Made by a program: the position numbers and the translations under genes. DNA of 63,346 bases, counting the filler, from Choristocarpus tenellus KU-1152 (Eukaryota; Protista; Phaeophyceae), in the NCBI GenBank assembly GCA_964200185.2. It is 15 parts of 15 records of this genome, joined end to end, with 100 filler letters (N's around TTAATTAATTAA, not from the genome) between each part and the next. Parts side by side here need not be neighbours in the genome. Positions count along the whole stretch, not along the records: positions 26,219 to 28,872 come from CAXNAD020025926.1; positions 28,973 to 32,520 come from CAXNAD020019330.1; positions 32,621 to 35,191 come from CAXNAD020026674.1; positions 35,292 to 38,724 come from CAXNAD020020056.1; positions 38,825 to 42,188 come from CAXNAD020020520.1; 10 more parts are not named here. One strand, 5' to 3'. Positions 27,680 through 39,549 of this stretch are shown one piece after another; position 1 is the stretch's first letter, and each line of letters starts with the position of its first letter. Under the pieces are notes generated by a model. The model saw only the letters and a program-made list of their open reading frames with translations, was not told the origin of the DNA and made no database searches.

Positions 27680-28760
27680 GCAAAGGGTTCGTGTATTTAG
27701 CATCGTTGAAGAACAAGAAATATGACTTAACCGTTGACACCGCAAGCGATGTGCCATGTATATCAGAGATTTTTGTTCACAATCCTCAACTCAAAAGTTT
27801 GGATGTGCATCCTGTACCACCTGGTGCGATAAATCTACGTACTGCTAGTGGTTCACAACTACATATTCGTGGATTTCTTTGTTTTGCACTGAAGCGATTC
27901 CCCAACTTGGTCCTGATAAGATACTGCTTGATATAGTGTCATACAGGCCTTCAGCGCAATCCTTGATTGACAAGAACAATGTCTCTCATTCCACAACAGG
28001 TTGTGGTGGAGCCAATTATACTTTCAATGCCAGATGTAGACCAGCACAATTTGACCACGCATCCATGGAATTGTGTTGTGGTTGCACGCACTCTCAGTAC
28101 TTGGTCACCAAATACTAAACTTGTATTGGTTCAGTTGGCAAACCCAACCGCATGTAAGGGTTCGTATCAAGAAACATCTTGTGATTGACCGCTCGATCTC
28201 AATTTGTCGTCAGACACCCCTCACCATTACTGCTCTGAATACACTGGTTTTCCTTGTTCAGTAAAGCTAGAGAGGAGTTACATCAAGCTTTCAGTAAGGT
28301 AAGTGCTTTCAAAGATATCACGTTCATTCAGTCAGAAATGTCTCAGCTTTATACCTGTGTGCCCGTTCCAGATCGGTATTTTCGTTGAATGCAAGCAGAA
28401 CTGGGTAGGTGTGTTCTACCTGAAGGAGAAATTCTTATAGAGTCTGATATCAAGCCTGTTAATAGGAACCCGCACAGAGCAAACCACCGTACTCAAGAAG
28501 TGATCGACTCTAGTGTTAACACTATGGAAGAGCAAAGCATCATTGAGAAACGTGCCAACCCTTGGGTTGGTCCTGTTACCATCATACCCGAATCTGATGG
28601 CTCTCCACATTTCGGTGTAGAAGACTATCTCTCAACTGTTAACAAACATCTTGTTAGATAGACTTGGCCTATGCCTGATAAGGAGTGACATATTGATACC
28701 GTGGGTAGTGCCAAAATTTATCACCGTTTGTAATGTTCAGAGTGCGTATATCACAGGTGA
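27680..28760 (+). mobile_element. Ty3/gypsy pol remnant (protease and RT start)
   Basis: LTVDTASDVPCISE (aspartic protease DTA/DTG); PVNRNPHR..IIEKRANPWVGPVTIIPESDGS..DY..VNK..WPMP; stops and frameshifts. Confidence 0.8.
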
Positions 28761-28811
28761 TGTGTCTTAATGGCGGTTTCATAAACATCATTATGACCTT
28801 GACCTCCTAGA

Positions 28812-28872
28812 GAGCCAAAGTATCTTAGAGGGTAGAGTAAGGTCATGTGGGGGCCAAAATACAATGTTGTGA
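28812..28872 (+). mobile_element. MITE family A fragment at contig end
   Basis: GAGCCAAAGTATCTTAGAGGGTAGAG truncated by spacer. Confidence 0.8.
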
Positions 28873-30599
28873 NNNNNNNNNNNNNNNNNNNNNNNNNNNN
28901 NNNNNNNNNNNNNNNNTTAATTAATTAANNNNNNNNNNNNNNNNNNNNNNNNNNNNNNNNNNNNNNNNNNNNCTAATATGTATGCAAGCATTCACCGCCT
29001 TCAACCTCCACACCGCACACGTGCATCCTCGAAATGTAACTTGGGGTGTCTGCTGATGATAGGAACGGATGGATATCATCAGCTTTGCGTTTAGCAATAG
29101 CTACCAAGATCTCAACTGGGAGGCAGAACGGAGCTCTTACATTTTATCAGGCAGGGATTGATATTGTTGGGATGGGGTGGAGTGCTGCGTTTTTTTGCGC
29201 ACTTTTTATACATGCCATTTTGTGACCCCTCAAACGAAATCACAGTGACTGACTGGTTTGCTGACTGTGTAGCATCAATGTCGGACCCCAAATCATTCAA
29301 CAGCAGCAAGCTGATTTCATCCCTTTCCCCCACCAATAATAGAATAATATCATGATTTGAATTTTGCTTGACTTCAGTCTGGGGACTATTCTGACCCGCG
29401 GTCAGAGTCACTCCACTCTGCACTACTTTCCATAGTATTATACTAAGATACCTACTACTGCAATCAACTGTTGTTGCACTACAACTAAATTTACTGGCCC
29501 TGGTCATACCATGCTTGTTGTACCTTGGGTTCGCCCATACCACCTCTTTTGTCGCTCCACCTTCTTCCTCAAATCTTGGTCCGGATTTGCCTCGACATTG
29601 CTCGGCGATGGAGTCTTGACTCCTCTATCATGGTCCAGTGTTTTTGTGGTACAGCGAGAGGTAGGATAATTGACATGGTTGTTGCCACGTGGACTTTGGA
29701 TAATCGAGACCAGATTTCTATACAAATAAGTCTGGCGTTGATGGGGTTTGAGCCCGCGAAATTTATTGGGGAACAAACTTCATGAAACCACTACGAAACC
29801 TTGAAACATCCCTACATCCCATATTGTTGTGGATAGCAGGTCTGACGGACGCCTCCGGTGGCATACCTCAGGTTGGGCTTTTCACTTAATGTGCTTAATG
29901 TTCGTCGAGTTAGAGAGATATCATGGTGGCATATCTCACATAAAGAGATTGACAGGGTGGGGTGTCTCTCTGCGTTTCCGAGTCCGATGACATATCCAGG
30001 AACAATTATCTTATGGAGAATACTGCTGATGGTCCTCCTCTGCTTCACGACGAATCACCATGGACTTGCTGTCTCTGTTTCAGATCCCCGTGAGTGACGG
30101 TCTCATTAAAACCATTTCAAGTGTTTCTTGTTTTTTGAGGTGATAATGAATGGCTCTCAATGGTTGGGTCGTGTTACGAACGGCTCCAATTCACGCGTCA
30201 AGACTTGACCTCGATCGAGTCCTTCAGTTTCTTTTCCGTTGAGGTTTGTCTGGGCTCACCTTGCTGATATAGTTGTGCCCACAGGGTTGAGGATGTCTTG
30301 ACCGTCCACCTCCTCAGATCTTCTTTTTGTCGAATAACCTAGTGTTATCCTTACGTTGTATGTGCTGATAAGCATATAACATAGTTTTCATGTACGATCA
30401 TCTTTGGTTTGGTACAATACTAAGTAGTAACGTGCAAAACGGTGTGGTGAGTAGCTGTATGATGAGTGAGTGTTTATTCGTATGTCCCTGATATTATTTA
30501 CGAACAAGTACAGGCACAGATGCCCACAAGTGCAGGGGATCTGGGCCTCTCCTCTATGAAACACCGCCAACATGCGACTTTCGTAGGATCACTGGTGAC

Positions 30600-32042
30600 T
30601 CTCTCCCTACCCTCCTAGCAAGGCAGCAAGGGCCTCATGGCGAGTCAAGCTGTCTGCACGAGCCCCACAGTACAGACTTTAGGATTGTCCATTCACTCCC
30701 TCCTTTCCACAAGTATCCCCTCAGAAGACCTTGCAGAAATCATTGGCCAAGACTGGAGAACCTGGGGGGGGACGACATCCCCTACACCTGCCCCAGAGGT
30801 ACACGTCCTGGCAGCTCATGACGCCAGGACCACAAGGAGGACTCAACATGAGATCACAGGCCTCTTGAACAGGATCCGTTTTGACTCCTCCAGGACACAA
30901 CTGGCCGGCCTACCAAGCGAAGCACACCAGGGGAAGTAAAGCTCCTTATTTGCCCTAGCGCGCCACTAGAGCCAGAGTGAAAGTATCTTAGAGGGTACGA
31001 ACTTTGCCCTGTTTGTCCATTTGGGGCTTGACTTCCCATGGGTTTTTATATGACATTTTCCTACTCCAAAATGTTTCGGAGTACGTAACATGTATACTTT
31101 ATGAAAAGGTGTGTCTGCAACATAGATATTGACACTTCCTAACAAACACGATAGTCAAAATTACATCAAAATCGCAACATTATATTTTGACCCCCAAATG
31201 GACGCAGCTCTACCCTCTAAGATACTTTGGCTCGCCAGTGTGGACAAGGGGCAAACGCATGGGTCTCAACACAACCTCTGGAACCAGCATGCCAGATCCC
31301 CCTCTAGATTTCAAGCTTACAGTCAGCAGATCCCTAGGGATGGAGGAGGCCCTCTCAACAGGTGCCCAGTGGCAGGGTGCAGCAGGCAAAATGTCGATAC
31401 CAGACATGTCCATACCTGCCCCAGGGCAGGAGGACAGGTTCAACAGCACACTTCAATGGTGAAACACCTACACCAATGATGCAAGGGAATGGGCATCCCT
31501 TGTACTATGGAGGACGGCAGCCCCTTCACAGTTGACAGGAATCATCGTATGGATCTAGTTTTCACGCAGGGGCAATGGCGGACGCTGGAACAGCCCCCTA
31601 CTGGGACAAAGGCCTTCTACTAGATGTCACATTCGCACAAGTACAGGTAACCTCCCACCTCACACACTCATCCACCAGCAATGGTGTAGCTGCTGCTGCA
31701 GCCGAGGCGCAAAAGCGCACCCACTACGAGGGCTCTTTTGATCTTCGTAGTTACAACCTCAACACCTTTGCAGTGGCAAGTTTTGGGTGCCTCGACAAGC
31801 AAGCGGAATGCTTCCTGGATGAGCTGGCTACTCACATGGTAGGGGGGAGAGGAACGGGAGGTTATAGCAGGAAAGGAGTGGTAAAATCCCGGCTACGCCA
31901 AATGGTCTCCGTAACTATGCAAGTGGCACTGCCTAGACGTGTCATGCGTTTTAAGCTGGTGTCACCAGAGAGATGGGCACGGAGGGGTTTATTGGATTCT
32001 TGGGATGCCTCCCTAGCTCTTCCCCGCGGGGTACAGGTATAG
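30600..32042 (+). mobile_element. 3' part of CRE-like non-LTR retrotransposon (zinc finger and restriction-like endonuclease), pseudogenised
   Basis: ARH*SQCGQGANAWV; C..C....D..HVHTC..H; RMDLV..LLLDVT..AEAQKRTHY..FAVASFG, the RLE PD..D / K..Y signature; split by a MITE. Confidence 0.78.
30975..31233 (-). mobile_element. MITE family A copy, TSD GCCA
   Basis: Intact TIRs; gcca on both flanks; removal restores the host LINE frame. Confidence 0.93.
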
Positions 32043-32179
32043 GTAGATTGGAGACACAGGAAGGCAGTAAGTAGTACAACATAGGTAGTGGCGAAGTAAC
32101 AAATAGATTGTTGTTTTCACTTTATGATATTTTATCTCCTTAGGGCTTATACTGACATGTGCATAGTTTTAATTGGTTT

Positions 32180-32302
32180 CCCCCCTGACTCATCTGGAAA
32201 ATATCAGAGGGCGTAATAACAATAAAACATAAAAATAACTGGGGACCAATTAATAATTCGGTTTATGTTTACCATGTAACTCAACCAGCACCTTTAGGTG
32301 AC
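32180..32302 (+). repeat. Dispersed repeat (family D), second copy inverted at ~62219-62320
   Basis: AT(A/G)TCAGAGGGC(G/A)TAATAA and AATAATTC.GT.TATG..TTACCATGTAA.TCAAC...CTTT.GGTGACG shared. Confidence 0.65.
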
Positions 32303-32465
32303 GGCTCAAAGTATCTGGGGGGAGGGGGCAGCTGTCCATTTGGGGCCATTTTTTTCATGTCATGATTTTGGGGTGATTTGGTTTCATACGTCGGATGGAT
32401 AATATAAGTGCACTTTTCCTTCTTATGGGTCAAATGGACACCCTGGTGTAGAACTGGCATACCTC
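32303..32465 (-). mobile_element. MITE family B copy (one end degraded)
   Basis: GGCTCAAAGTATCTGGGGG..GTCCATTTGGGGCC..AAATGGACACCCTGGTGTAGA. Confidence 0.85.
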
Positions 32466-32814
32466 TGAACAAGATCAGTGTCACGCCCGTCAATTCCCTT
32501 ATGAGATATGACCATGTGTTNNNNNNNNNNNNNNNNNNNNNNNNNNNNNNNNNNNNNNNNNNNNTTAATTAATTAANNNNNNNNNNNNNNNNNNNNNNNN
32601 NNNNNNNNNNNNNNNNNNNNACGCATTACTCAAACACCCAACTTCAAATTTGAAGTCAAAACAATCGCCTTGTAGTATCTCATAAGTTACTGCTCATACC
32701 ACTGTCCTATACCCATCACCTTCCAATACCTGTCTTATAGATCTATACCAAGCGCAGTCAATCTGATCGAGCATCCTGATTCCTTTTCAACCTGACAGGC
32801 TCAATCCCTCTTAC

Positions 32815-32979
32815 CGGCATCGCTGGGGCTTGCTTGCCCCGGTTTCGCCTACAAAATCCTGTATCAGAACATCTTCGGAACTTGTGCTTGTCTACAGCCA
32901 TCACGAGTCCCCCTGGCCGATATGGAACTGTCAATGTCACAGCGGCAAAAGTCCACGCTGTCACGGGTGTTCTCCACAT
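32815..32979 (-). CDS. GANAB: Glucosidase II alpha subunit (GH31), first exon
   Basis: MWRTPVTAWTFAAVTLTV..LVMA signal-like leader, then VDKHKFRRCSDTGFCRRNR matching the GIIalpha N-terminal FK.C..S.FC.R.R motif; GT donor at 32814. Confidence 0.8.
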
Positions 32980-33375
32980 CGATCTGGTGCGATATCGACT
33001 AGGTTTGATGAACCCGTACGTCGCCCCGTGTCGCTCCTTCGTTCTCACCCCTCGCAGTGCCTCTATTCCATTACACAGCAACAGTAGAAGCAAGAAGAAA
33101 GAGGCACCTGCCACGGAAGTAGCCGCCAGAGTAGAGACACTACCAAAATCACTTATAAAAGTGGTTTTTCTCTTCGTTTGTAGAACATTTCACGGCGTCG
33201 CCGGATCCTCTCTTCCAATTTGAAAGAGATACTCCAGTTATTAGATAGGTCAAATATTGTCAAACCTTGTAGACCTTAGGACACCTCCGAGTTCACGACC
33301 CACCACACTTGAAGTACCCGTAGAGGTAAACCTCGAGCTAAGGCTAGCTTGGAGAAGGAAAGGGAAAAGTCGGCG
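32980..33375. promoter_or_regulatory. Putative bidirectional promoter between GANAB and PAN2
   Basis: ~400 bp between divergent predicted start codons; CpG-rich surroundings. Confidence 0.55.
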
Positions 33376-34177
33376 ATGAACCCATATGCCGCATCCTTCG
33401 AGGGACCGACTGTTTTGAACACCTCGAGTGATGTAGGAGATGCAGGTGTCCCAAACGATAGCGAGGTAGACGTCCCGCCGTTGGAGATGGATAACGGTAA
33501 CGGACAGTACTGGTTCGAGGGAGAGAATTACGAGGAAGATTACCAGCTAACAGAGGGCGAAGGCTATGATCCGGGACACGACGGGAGCTTCCATGAGGAG
33601 TACGGTGTAGGCTATGACCAGGTCGGTCAGAGTGGCTTGTAGCGTTCGTTCAATTTCGATGTTTCAGGCCTCGACTTAAATGTACGAAAACTTCACTCAT
33701 AGGTGAAAGAGGGCATGGGGATTCATACGGTGGTAGGTCTCTTTCACCTTAACTTGCCCCCGACTTCAACTTCAATGCAACAGCACCGTTGTTAATCGAG
33801 GAAGTGCTCATGCTCTGCAATGCTCGCGAAGGAAACCTTGTAAACCCTACCCCCAATCGCACGACGTTCATATTGTCGAGCCTTGTAGGGGAAATGAAAC
33901 GTATTCCACATCGAATAAACGATAACAACCCTCTGTTTGACCGACGACCTTAGGACAATGGAGAGTTGGTCGACCATCAGCGTGAAAGGGCAGGATCCGG
34001 CTGGACAGAACTCCGGCGAGTGTATGAGGAAGCTGGTGCCGTAACTGCATTGGAGTTCGATCCCAAGGAGGAGCTCCTTTGGGCGGGGCATAGCGACGGC
34101 AGGCTGACATCATACCTTCAGCCTGACATGACGAAACACAGCTCTGTCAAGGCCCACAAGCACACTCGACAACACAG
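33376..34177 (+). CDS. PAN2: PAN2 poly(A) nuclease catalytic subunit, first two exons
   Basis: Exons 33376-33621 and 33954-34177 in phase; VTALEFDPKEELLWAGHSDGRLTSY matches the PAN2 WD40 start (FD..EELLW.G...G..TS). Confidence 0.82.
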
Positions 34178-35339
34178 GTAAGTTGACGTAACCCTGTCCT
34201 TTGTGGCTGCAAGTCCCAGCCTGTTCAACCACCCTCGAATGGTACCAACTCACAAATCAAAATACCCCTGTGTTTTGCGAAAGTCTGTTTTGACCGCTTC
34301 TTTGGAACAGAGTTGCACGTGTGTGTGCACTAGTTGCTAACAAAGCTGAGTATGGTTTACCCAGTTCTACCAACTCAGGTTTGTTTTTCGTCTTCACAAC
34401 CTTAGTCAAGATTCTGTTCTCAAGTACAAATCAAGTAGACCTCATTTGCTGAGTATTATTGTCAGATCTCTAATCGGTTCAGGAGAGGGAGTGAAGACTT
34501 GTGGGCGATTTTTTTGGTTGAATGAAATCACCTACAGATTTTTTGCCGTGTTTTTATGTGTGTGTGATTATCTTTCACGTTCTGCTGAAGTAGGTTATGT
34601 ATCAAGAGATACATATATCCACAAGGGCCTCATCTATGCCCTCGCCCTCTCTGTGGTCAAGGTGTCCTCCTTTTGAACAAGGAGCCGTTGGTATGTGCAT
34701 TCTATAAATAGTTGTTTGCAAAATGTTCTGTTGTTAATATCACCTAGTGTCACCCAGTGCTTAGAATGTCAAATATATATATATTGTTCTGATAGCTCGC
34801 TGCAAACCGTACTCTTGGTGCAAACTTCAGCAATATAGCTACATGCTTCAGGGAAAAAGTCAATGAGTTGGGTCAGGCTAACTCCAGAAAGGGTTCAACC
34901 CACCCTACCCATTAGGGCTTTGCCCCTCTGTGATTGATAGACTCTGCGTCTCGACCGAATGTGATCCACATTTCCAATGCCCTTGCAGCCTTAGACCTTT
35001 TGTGTGCATGCAAGATTCAAGATTCAACTTTTGGGGGGAGATGAAATCTTTTAACAAGGCGAAGGGATATATAGGAAGGGCAGGAGGTTGGGGGAGGGGG
35101 GGGGGGGGGGGGAATGTAACTCTGTACCAACATATCTACCTACCTACCTACCTACCTGTAGGCATTCAATGTAGGTCCTCCAGAAATGGGGNNNNNNNNN
35201 NNNNNNNNNNNNNNNNNNNNNNNNNNNNNNNNNNNTTAATTAATTAANNNNNNNNNNNNNNNNNNNNNNNNNNNNNNNNNNNNNNNNNNNNACGTGCGGG
35301 GTTGACCGCCCGGTCGGGGGCGCGGTGGGGGCGGGGGGG

Positions 35340-35499
35340 GCCGGGGGGGTCTAGACCAGGGTGTCCATTTGAACCAAAGTCAGGAAAAGTGTATCTTCAT
35401 TACCCATCGGATGTATGCAACCAAATCACACAAAAATGATGACAAGAAAAAATTGACCCCAAATGGACAGCCGCCACCCCCCCTCAGATACTTTAAGCC
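35340..35499 (+). mobile_element. MITE family B copy near contig start
   Basis: CAGGGTGTCCATTTG..CCCCAAATGGACAGCCGCCACCCCCCTCAGATACTTTAAGCC. Confidence 0.85.
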
Positions 35500-36399
35500 A
35501 ATATTGCCTGTGTTTGTGGTAGAAAAGTGTGGAAGAGGGTCGCCAGGAGTTGGAAATACATGTGGACATGACGTAGGGTGGCATATATTGGACTAGGGAG
35601 TGCTTTGAAGGCTTGACCAAGAGCGTAACGTTGGCATGGTCTGTATTGTTGCAACGAAATCCAAATTCTTCTTCATGCGTGGCTTGTTTGAAGCGTGAAT
35701 CTCTCCCTTGCACCGATCACTTGATGACTCAATACACTCATCCCCCAACGGTTTCCCTTCCCCCTCCCCTGTCCATCCCATGGTACCTCATGTTTAGATT
35801 GTGTTGCTCTCTTTTTATATGAGAGAAGGGCTTTGAATGTCGTATCTCTCTCTTTTGAGATGCTTGCATTTCAAAATGACGAAAGCGTACACGACTGATC
35901 TTTACACAGGATCAACTTGATTTTGCCCATCATTTGACACCTATGACAGTAGAGGACAAAGAGAGAAATAGTGCTCCAAAGTATGCTGGGTTACCCCTGA
36001 TCACCAACCAACCTACTCTGTTGTTATTACCTTTGCAACCCTCCAAACCAGAGATTGCAGAGAGGTGGGGAACGTTGATCAGGCACAAGGTGGTTAGTCC
36101 ATTGAAGTGACTTTTGAGGTCAATCCTCCCTGAGATACAACTCATAAAAAGCTCGAGAGACTTGACTAGGTGTGCTTTCGTAGCAAATTCTTCTTCTGTG
36201 ATTGCGTTGGCCTCGCAGAGCTCCCTAAGGTTGGTGTTGTTTCTGTCAAAAGAAGAATATTCCGGAGGGGTATGACAGCATCAGAACAGAGTTGAGCTCA
36301 TGTATGATACTATGATATGTGGCAGAGGCATCAATACTGGCTCATACAGACAACCTTCCTTGCGAATAGGATGTAAAGAGAATACAAATATTGTTCATT

Positions 36400-37450
36400 T
36401 TTCTCTATCACAGGGCTCCTAATTTGAACATTTGTATTGTGTCTGCTGTACTGTTTTCAGTGTAGCGACTTTGCGTTGAAAACCTGAACATTAGTTCACC
36501 GTGTTGAAAATTGCATACATCATGTTCTTGCAAAAACACTGCCATTTGATACCTCTTTGCATGAATGCAAACATTAGTGGACATATGGGCCAGTAGTCTT
36601 CTTCCATTGTTTTTCGTTCTCTGGGCTAGATGGTCCATATAATATATATATATATATATATATTTGCCATTTTCACTATGAATCATTGCATAGCACAACA
36701 GTATTACAGAGAGGGTCAAAGCAGCATCAAACACAAATATTGGGAAAACAGGCATCTTTAGTAGCTGGTTAGTGTGGGAGATATACATCTGATTCTTGAA
36801 TAACTGGTGGTGAAGAATTGGCATGGTTATCGTTAAGGAGGATACACAGAGGACACAAGCATTACATAGTCACACCCGCATCTAGTGGATAATACATTGA
36901 ATTGACACAGTAGCTGAATTTTCTCGCTTGCATTATCACCATCCTTGTGAGTGGTAATGCAAGGGAGGAGAAACAGTAGACAGTGGCTAAATTGATACAA
37001 GGAGATACGTGGAAAGATATTGCTTGATATTGACAGACTTGCCTGGTTTTGGCTTAATTGCCGTGGGATTGAGGGATGCAATATTCAGCAGCATGGGACA
37101 AAATGCAAGGGCTAAACGGTGACTCAAAGTGTAATATATCGCATTTCTGTGAAAAAGAAACAATTGCATGCGAGTTGCTCAAAGGAGTTCAAAGTAAAGT
37201 GTATTTTGGTTGTTGGGTGTAGGGAACGTGGAATGGACAGAGAACAATATGAAGCTTAGAAGTGGTCACGTACTCTGCATGAACATGTACTGTAGTACCA
37301 GGTGTCAAATAAAAGTGTATAGTACTCAGCAGAAAACCTGGACATGTGATATCATGGAGGATAACCTTTGGTACCACTAGCATGCGTCTAATATGACGAA
37401 TGTTTACACTTGGGGCATATACCCTGTGAAAAAAGCTGAGTTGCAATATG
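36400..37450 (-). mobile_element. Decayed KDZ (Kyakuja-Dileera-Zisupton)-like transposase
   Basis: Ordered motifs HVPYTQQPKY (CxC-like), HKDGDN, MIHSENGKY, CIHAKRYQ, QHGELMFRFS correspond to KDZ DGN / GE..KY / H...CQ / GE..ER.S. Confidence 0.55.
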
Positions 37451-38629
37451 CAGAGTTATACTTTCGTTAATATTCATTTCAACGACATTAATTGCTAATA
37501 CTGGGGTCGATATCGAGGGTTGGGAGACTGCGGAACACCGAGCATTAGCACAGGGTTGTGTTTTGACAAGAAAGAAATGCAGATGACAACACCTCAAGAC
37601 TGTCAACATTCTCTAAAATTGTCAAGGGTGAGCTCATAGAAACTTCAGCACTAGTGTAGAACGGACCTGAACGTACGGCGCCTCTTTCTGATTGTCTCAC
37701 TGTCAGAAATAATTTCTTCCTTGTCCTGCCCTCCCCGTGAGGTCAAACTGCTGAATTAACGGGGTTAGACAACTGTGGTAAGGCGTGGGTGTAATGTCGG
37801 ACGATCGCATGAGGCTAGCAGAATCCTCCGTACAAAGCACACAATTCTGCCGGATCTAAGATATATAACTGTTGCTAAATCCATCTCTAGAGTTTGGCAC
37901 GATCTTTAATATATGCTCTAAGATTGCGAGAATTGTCTTTAGTCTTACGATGACATGCACAAGTTGGTTTCCCTTTCCTTGCACTCCATGCTTTTTGTCA
38001 GGACCATGCAACCAAGTGGTTGGAAGAAGGGGGGCTCCAGCCCTCCCGACAGACTCGGTCGGCGGCGAACGCCGACCTCATCATGCCGTGCGAAGCTAGT
38101 TGTTGGTGGTTCTTGATTGCTGACTCCTTTTCTTGCTTGAAGGATGGAAGAGGAAACCTCACAGAAACGGTTTCAGATTTGAATCCTGGTTTTCTTTGGT
38201 ACACTACGGTTTCAGGTAAGGTGCACGTAGACCTCAACAAGGATATGAGACCGAAAAAATCGATCCCGAATTTCCCCTTGATTTTGTAGACATAGAGAGG
38301 TGGGTGTTGTGCTGCATGAAACATCAAGTACACGAGGTTTTCGACGAAGCAGAAGGGGAAGAGAAATGACAGCAAATGATTCTGACTTCGGATCGTGGCA
38401 AGCGGAGGACTCGCTTGAGCATCACTGGAGGGATACCGATGGCAATTATTCGGACGAGTTGCTAAAACAGCCTTGCAGGTCAATTCCAGAGCGGGATCCA
38501 TTTTCTCGTATTTCGCGCTTGTGTGGCTTTTAGGGAGGCAAGTCGCTTACAGTGTGTGAGAAAGTCCACGTCCCACTCCTTAGTGATATTTAGAGACAGC
38601 GCATATCCGAGGATTCCTGCCACGCATCT

Positions 38630-38724
38630 GGCTCAAAGTATCCGGGGGGGGGGGGTGGCGGCTGTCCATTCGGGGTCAATTTCTTTATGTTGTGATTTTT
38701 GTGTGATTCGGTCCCATACGTCGG
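38630..38724 (-). mobile_element. MITE family B fragment at contig end
   Basis: GGCTCAAAGTATCCGGGGG..GTCCATTCGGGGTC. Confidence 0.85.
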
Positions 38725-38824
38725 NNNNNNNNNNNNNNNNNNNNNNNNNNNNNNNNNNNNNNNNNNNNTTAATTAATTAANNNNNNNNNNNNNNNNNNNN
38801 NNNNNNNNNNNNNNNNNNNNNNNN

Positions 38825-39061
38825 GCCGCGTCCATTTGGGGACCAAAATCCAATGTTGCGAATTTGACGTAATTTTGGCTATCGTTTTGTTAGGAAGAGT
38901 CAATGTCCTTGTTCTGGACACACCTTTTCATAACGTATACATTTTACCTACTCCGAAACATTTTGGAGTAGGAAAATGTTATAAAAATAAACATGGGAAG
39001 CCAAGTCCCAAACGGACAAACAGGGCGAAACTCGTACCCTAACCCTAACATACTTTCACTC
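38825..39061 (+). mobile_element. MITE family A copy (left end cut by contig start)
   Basis: Family A interior; right end TACCCTAACCCTAACATACTTTCACTC. Confidence 0.88.
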
Positions 39062-39549
39062 GGAGGAAGACTTTGACATCAAAGCCGTAAGTCTTGACTA
39101 CACTAACGATAAATGACTAGACTAACTATAAATGACTACACTAGCGCGAACCAATGCGAAAGAAGTCGAAGGGAGAGTCTACCGCAGGCGGTGGTACAAA
39201 ACCAGAAAATGCATAGAGCAATTACGGGAGGGATCATGAGTGCATCACATGAAGAAACGCAGAAAACACAGCAGGACCCAGATCGTTCTCATAGTGCCCC
39301 CCCCCACCTGCACAAGGTGTGGGCTCAACCTAAGTCTCCACGTGCAGCGCCCAATGCGGTATGTAATGCGAGTCAGCTCCAGCGGGCAAATCTCCAAATC
39401 ACCCCGTTTTCCTGGGTCTGCTGCCCCACACCCTGTTCCTTCATTGTTGTGTTCTTGATTTGACCCCAGGTCATGGCTCGCCCCCTCTTGTACTCCCCAT
39501 CCAGACCAATCGGCTGTCAAGGATCTCCTTGTGACATTGGTCCACTTGT

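Noticed and set aside
29000-30400. Decayed coding-like minus-strand region
   Set aside because: Probably TE-derived, but no diagnostic motif recognised
35340-38724. Family B TIRs as the ends of an autonomous KDZ element
   Set aside because: Each TIR belongs to its own MITE extending away from the transposase relic, so they do not enclose it; the same holds for 57652-60363
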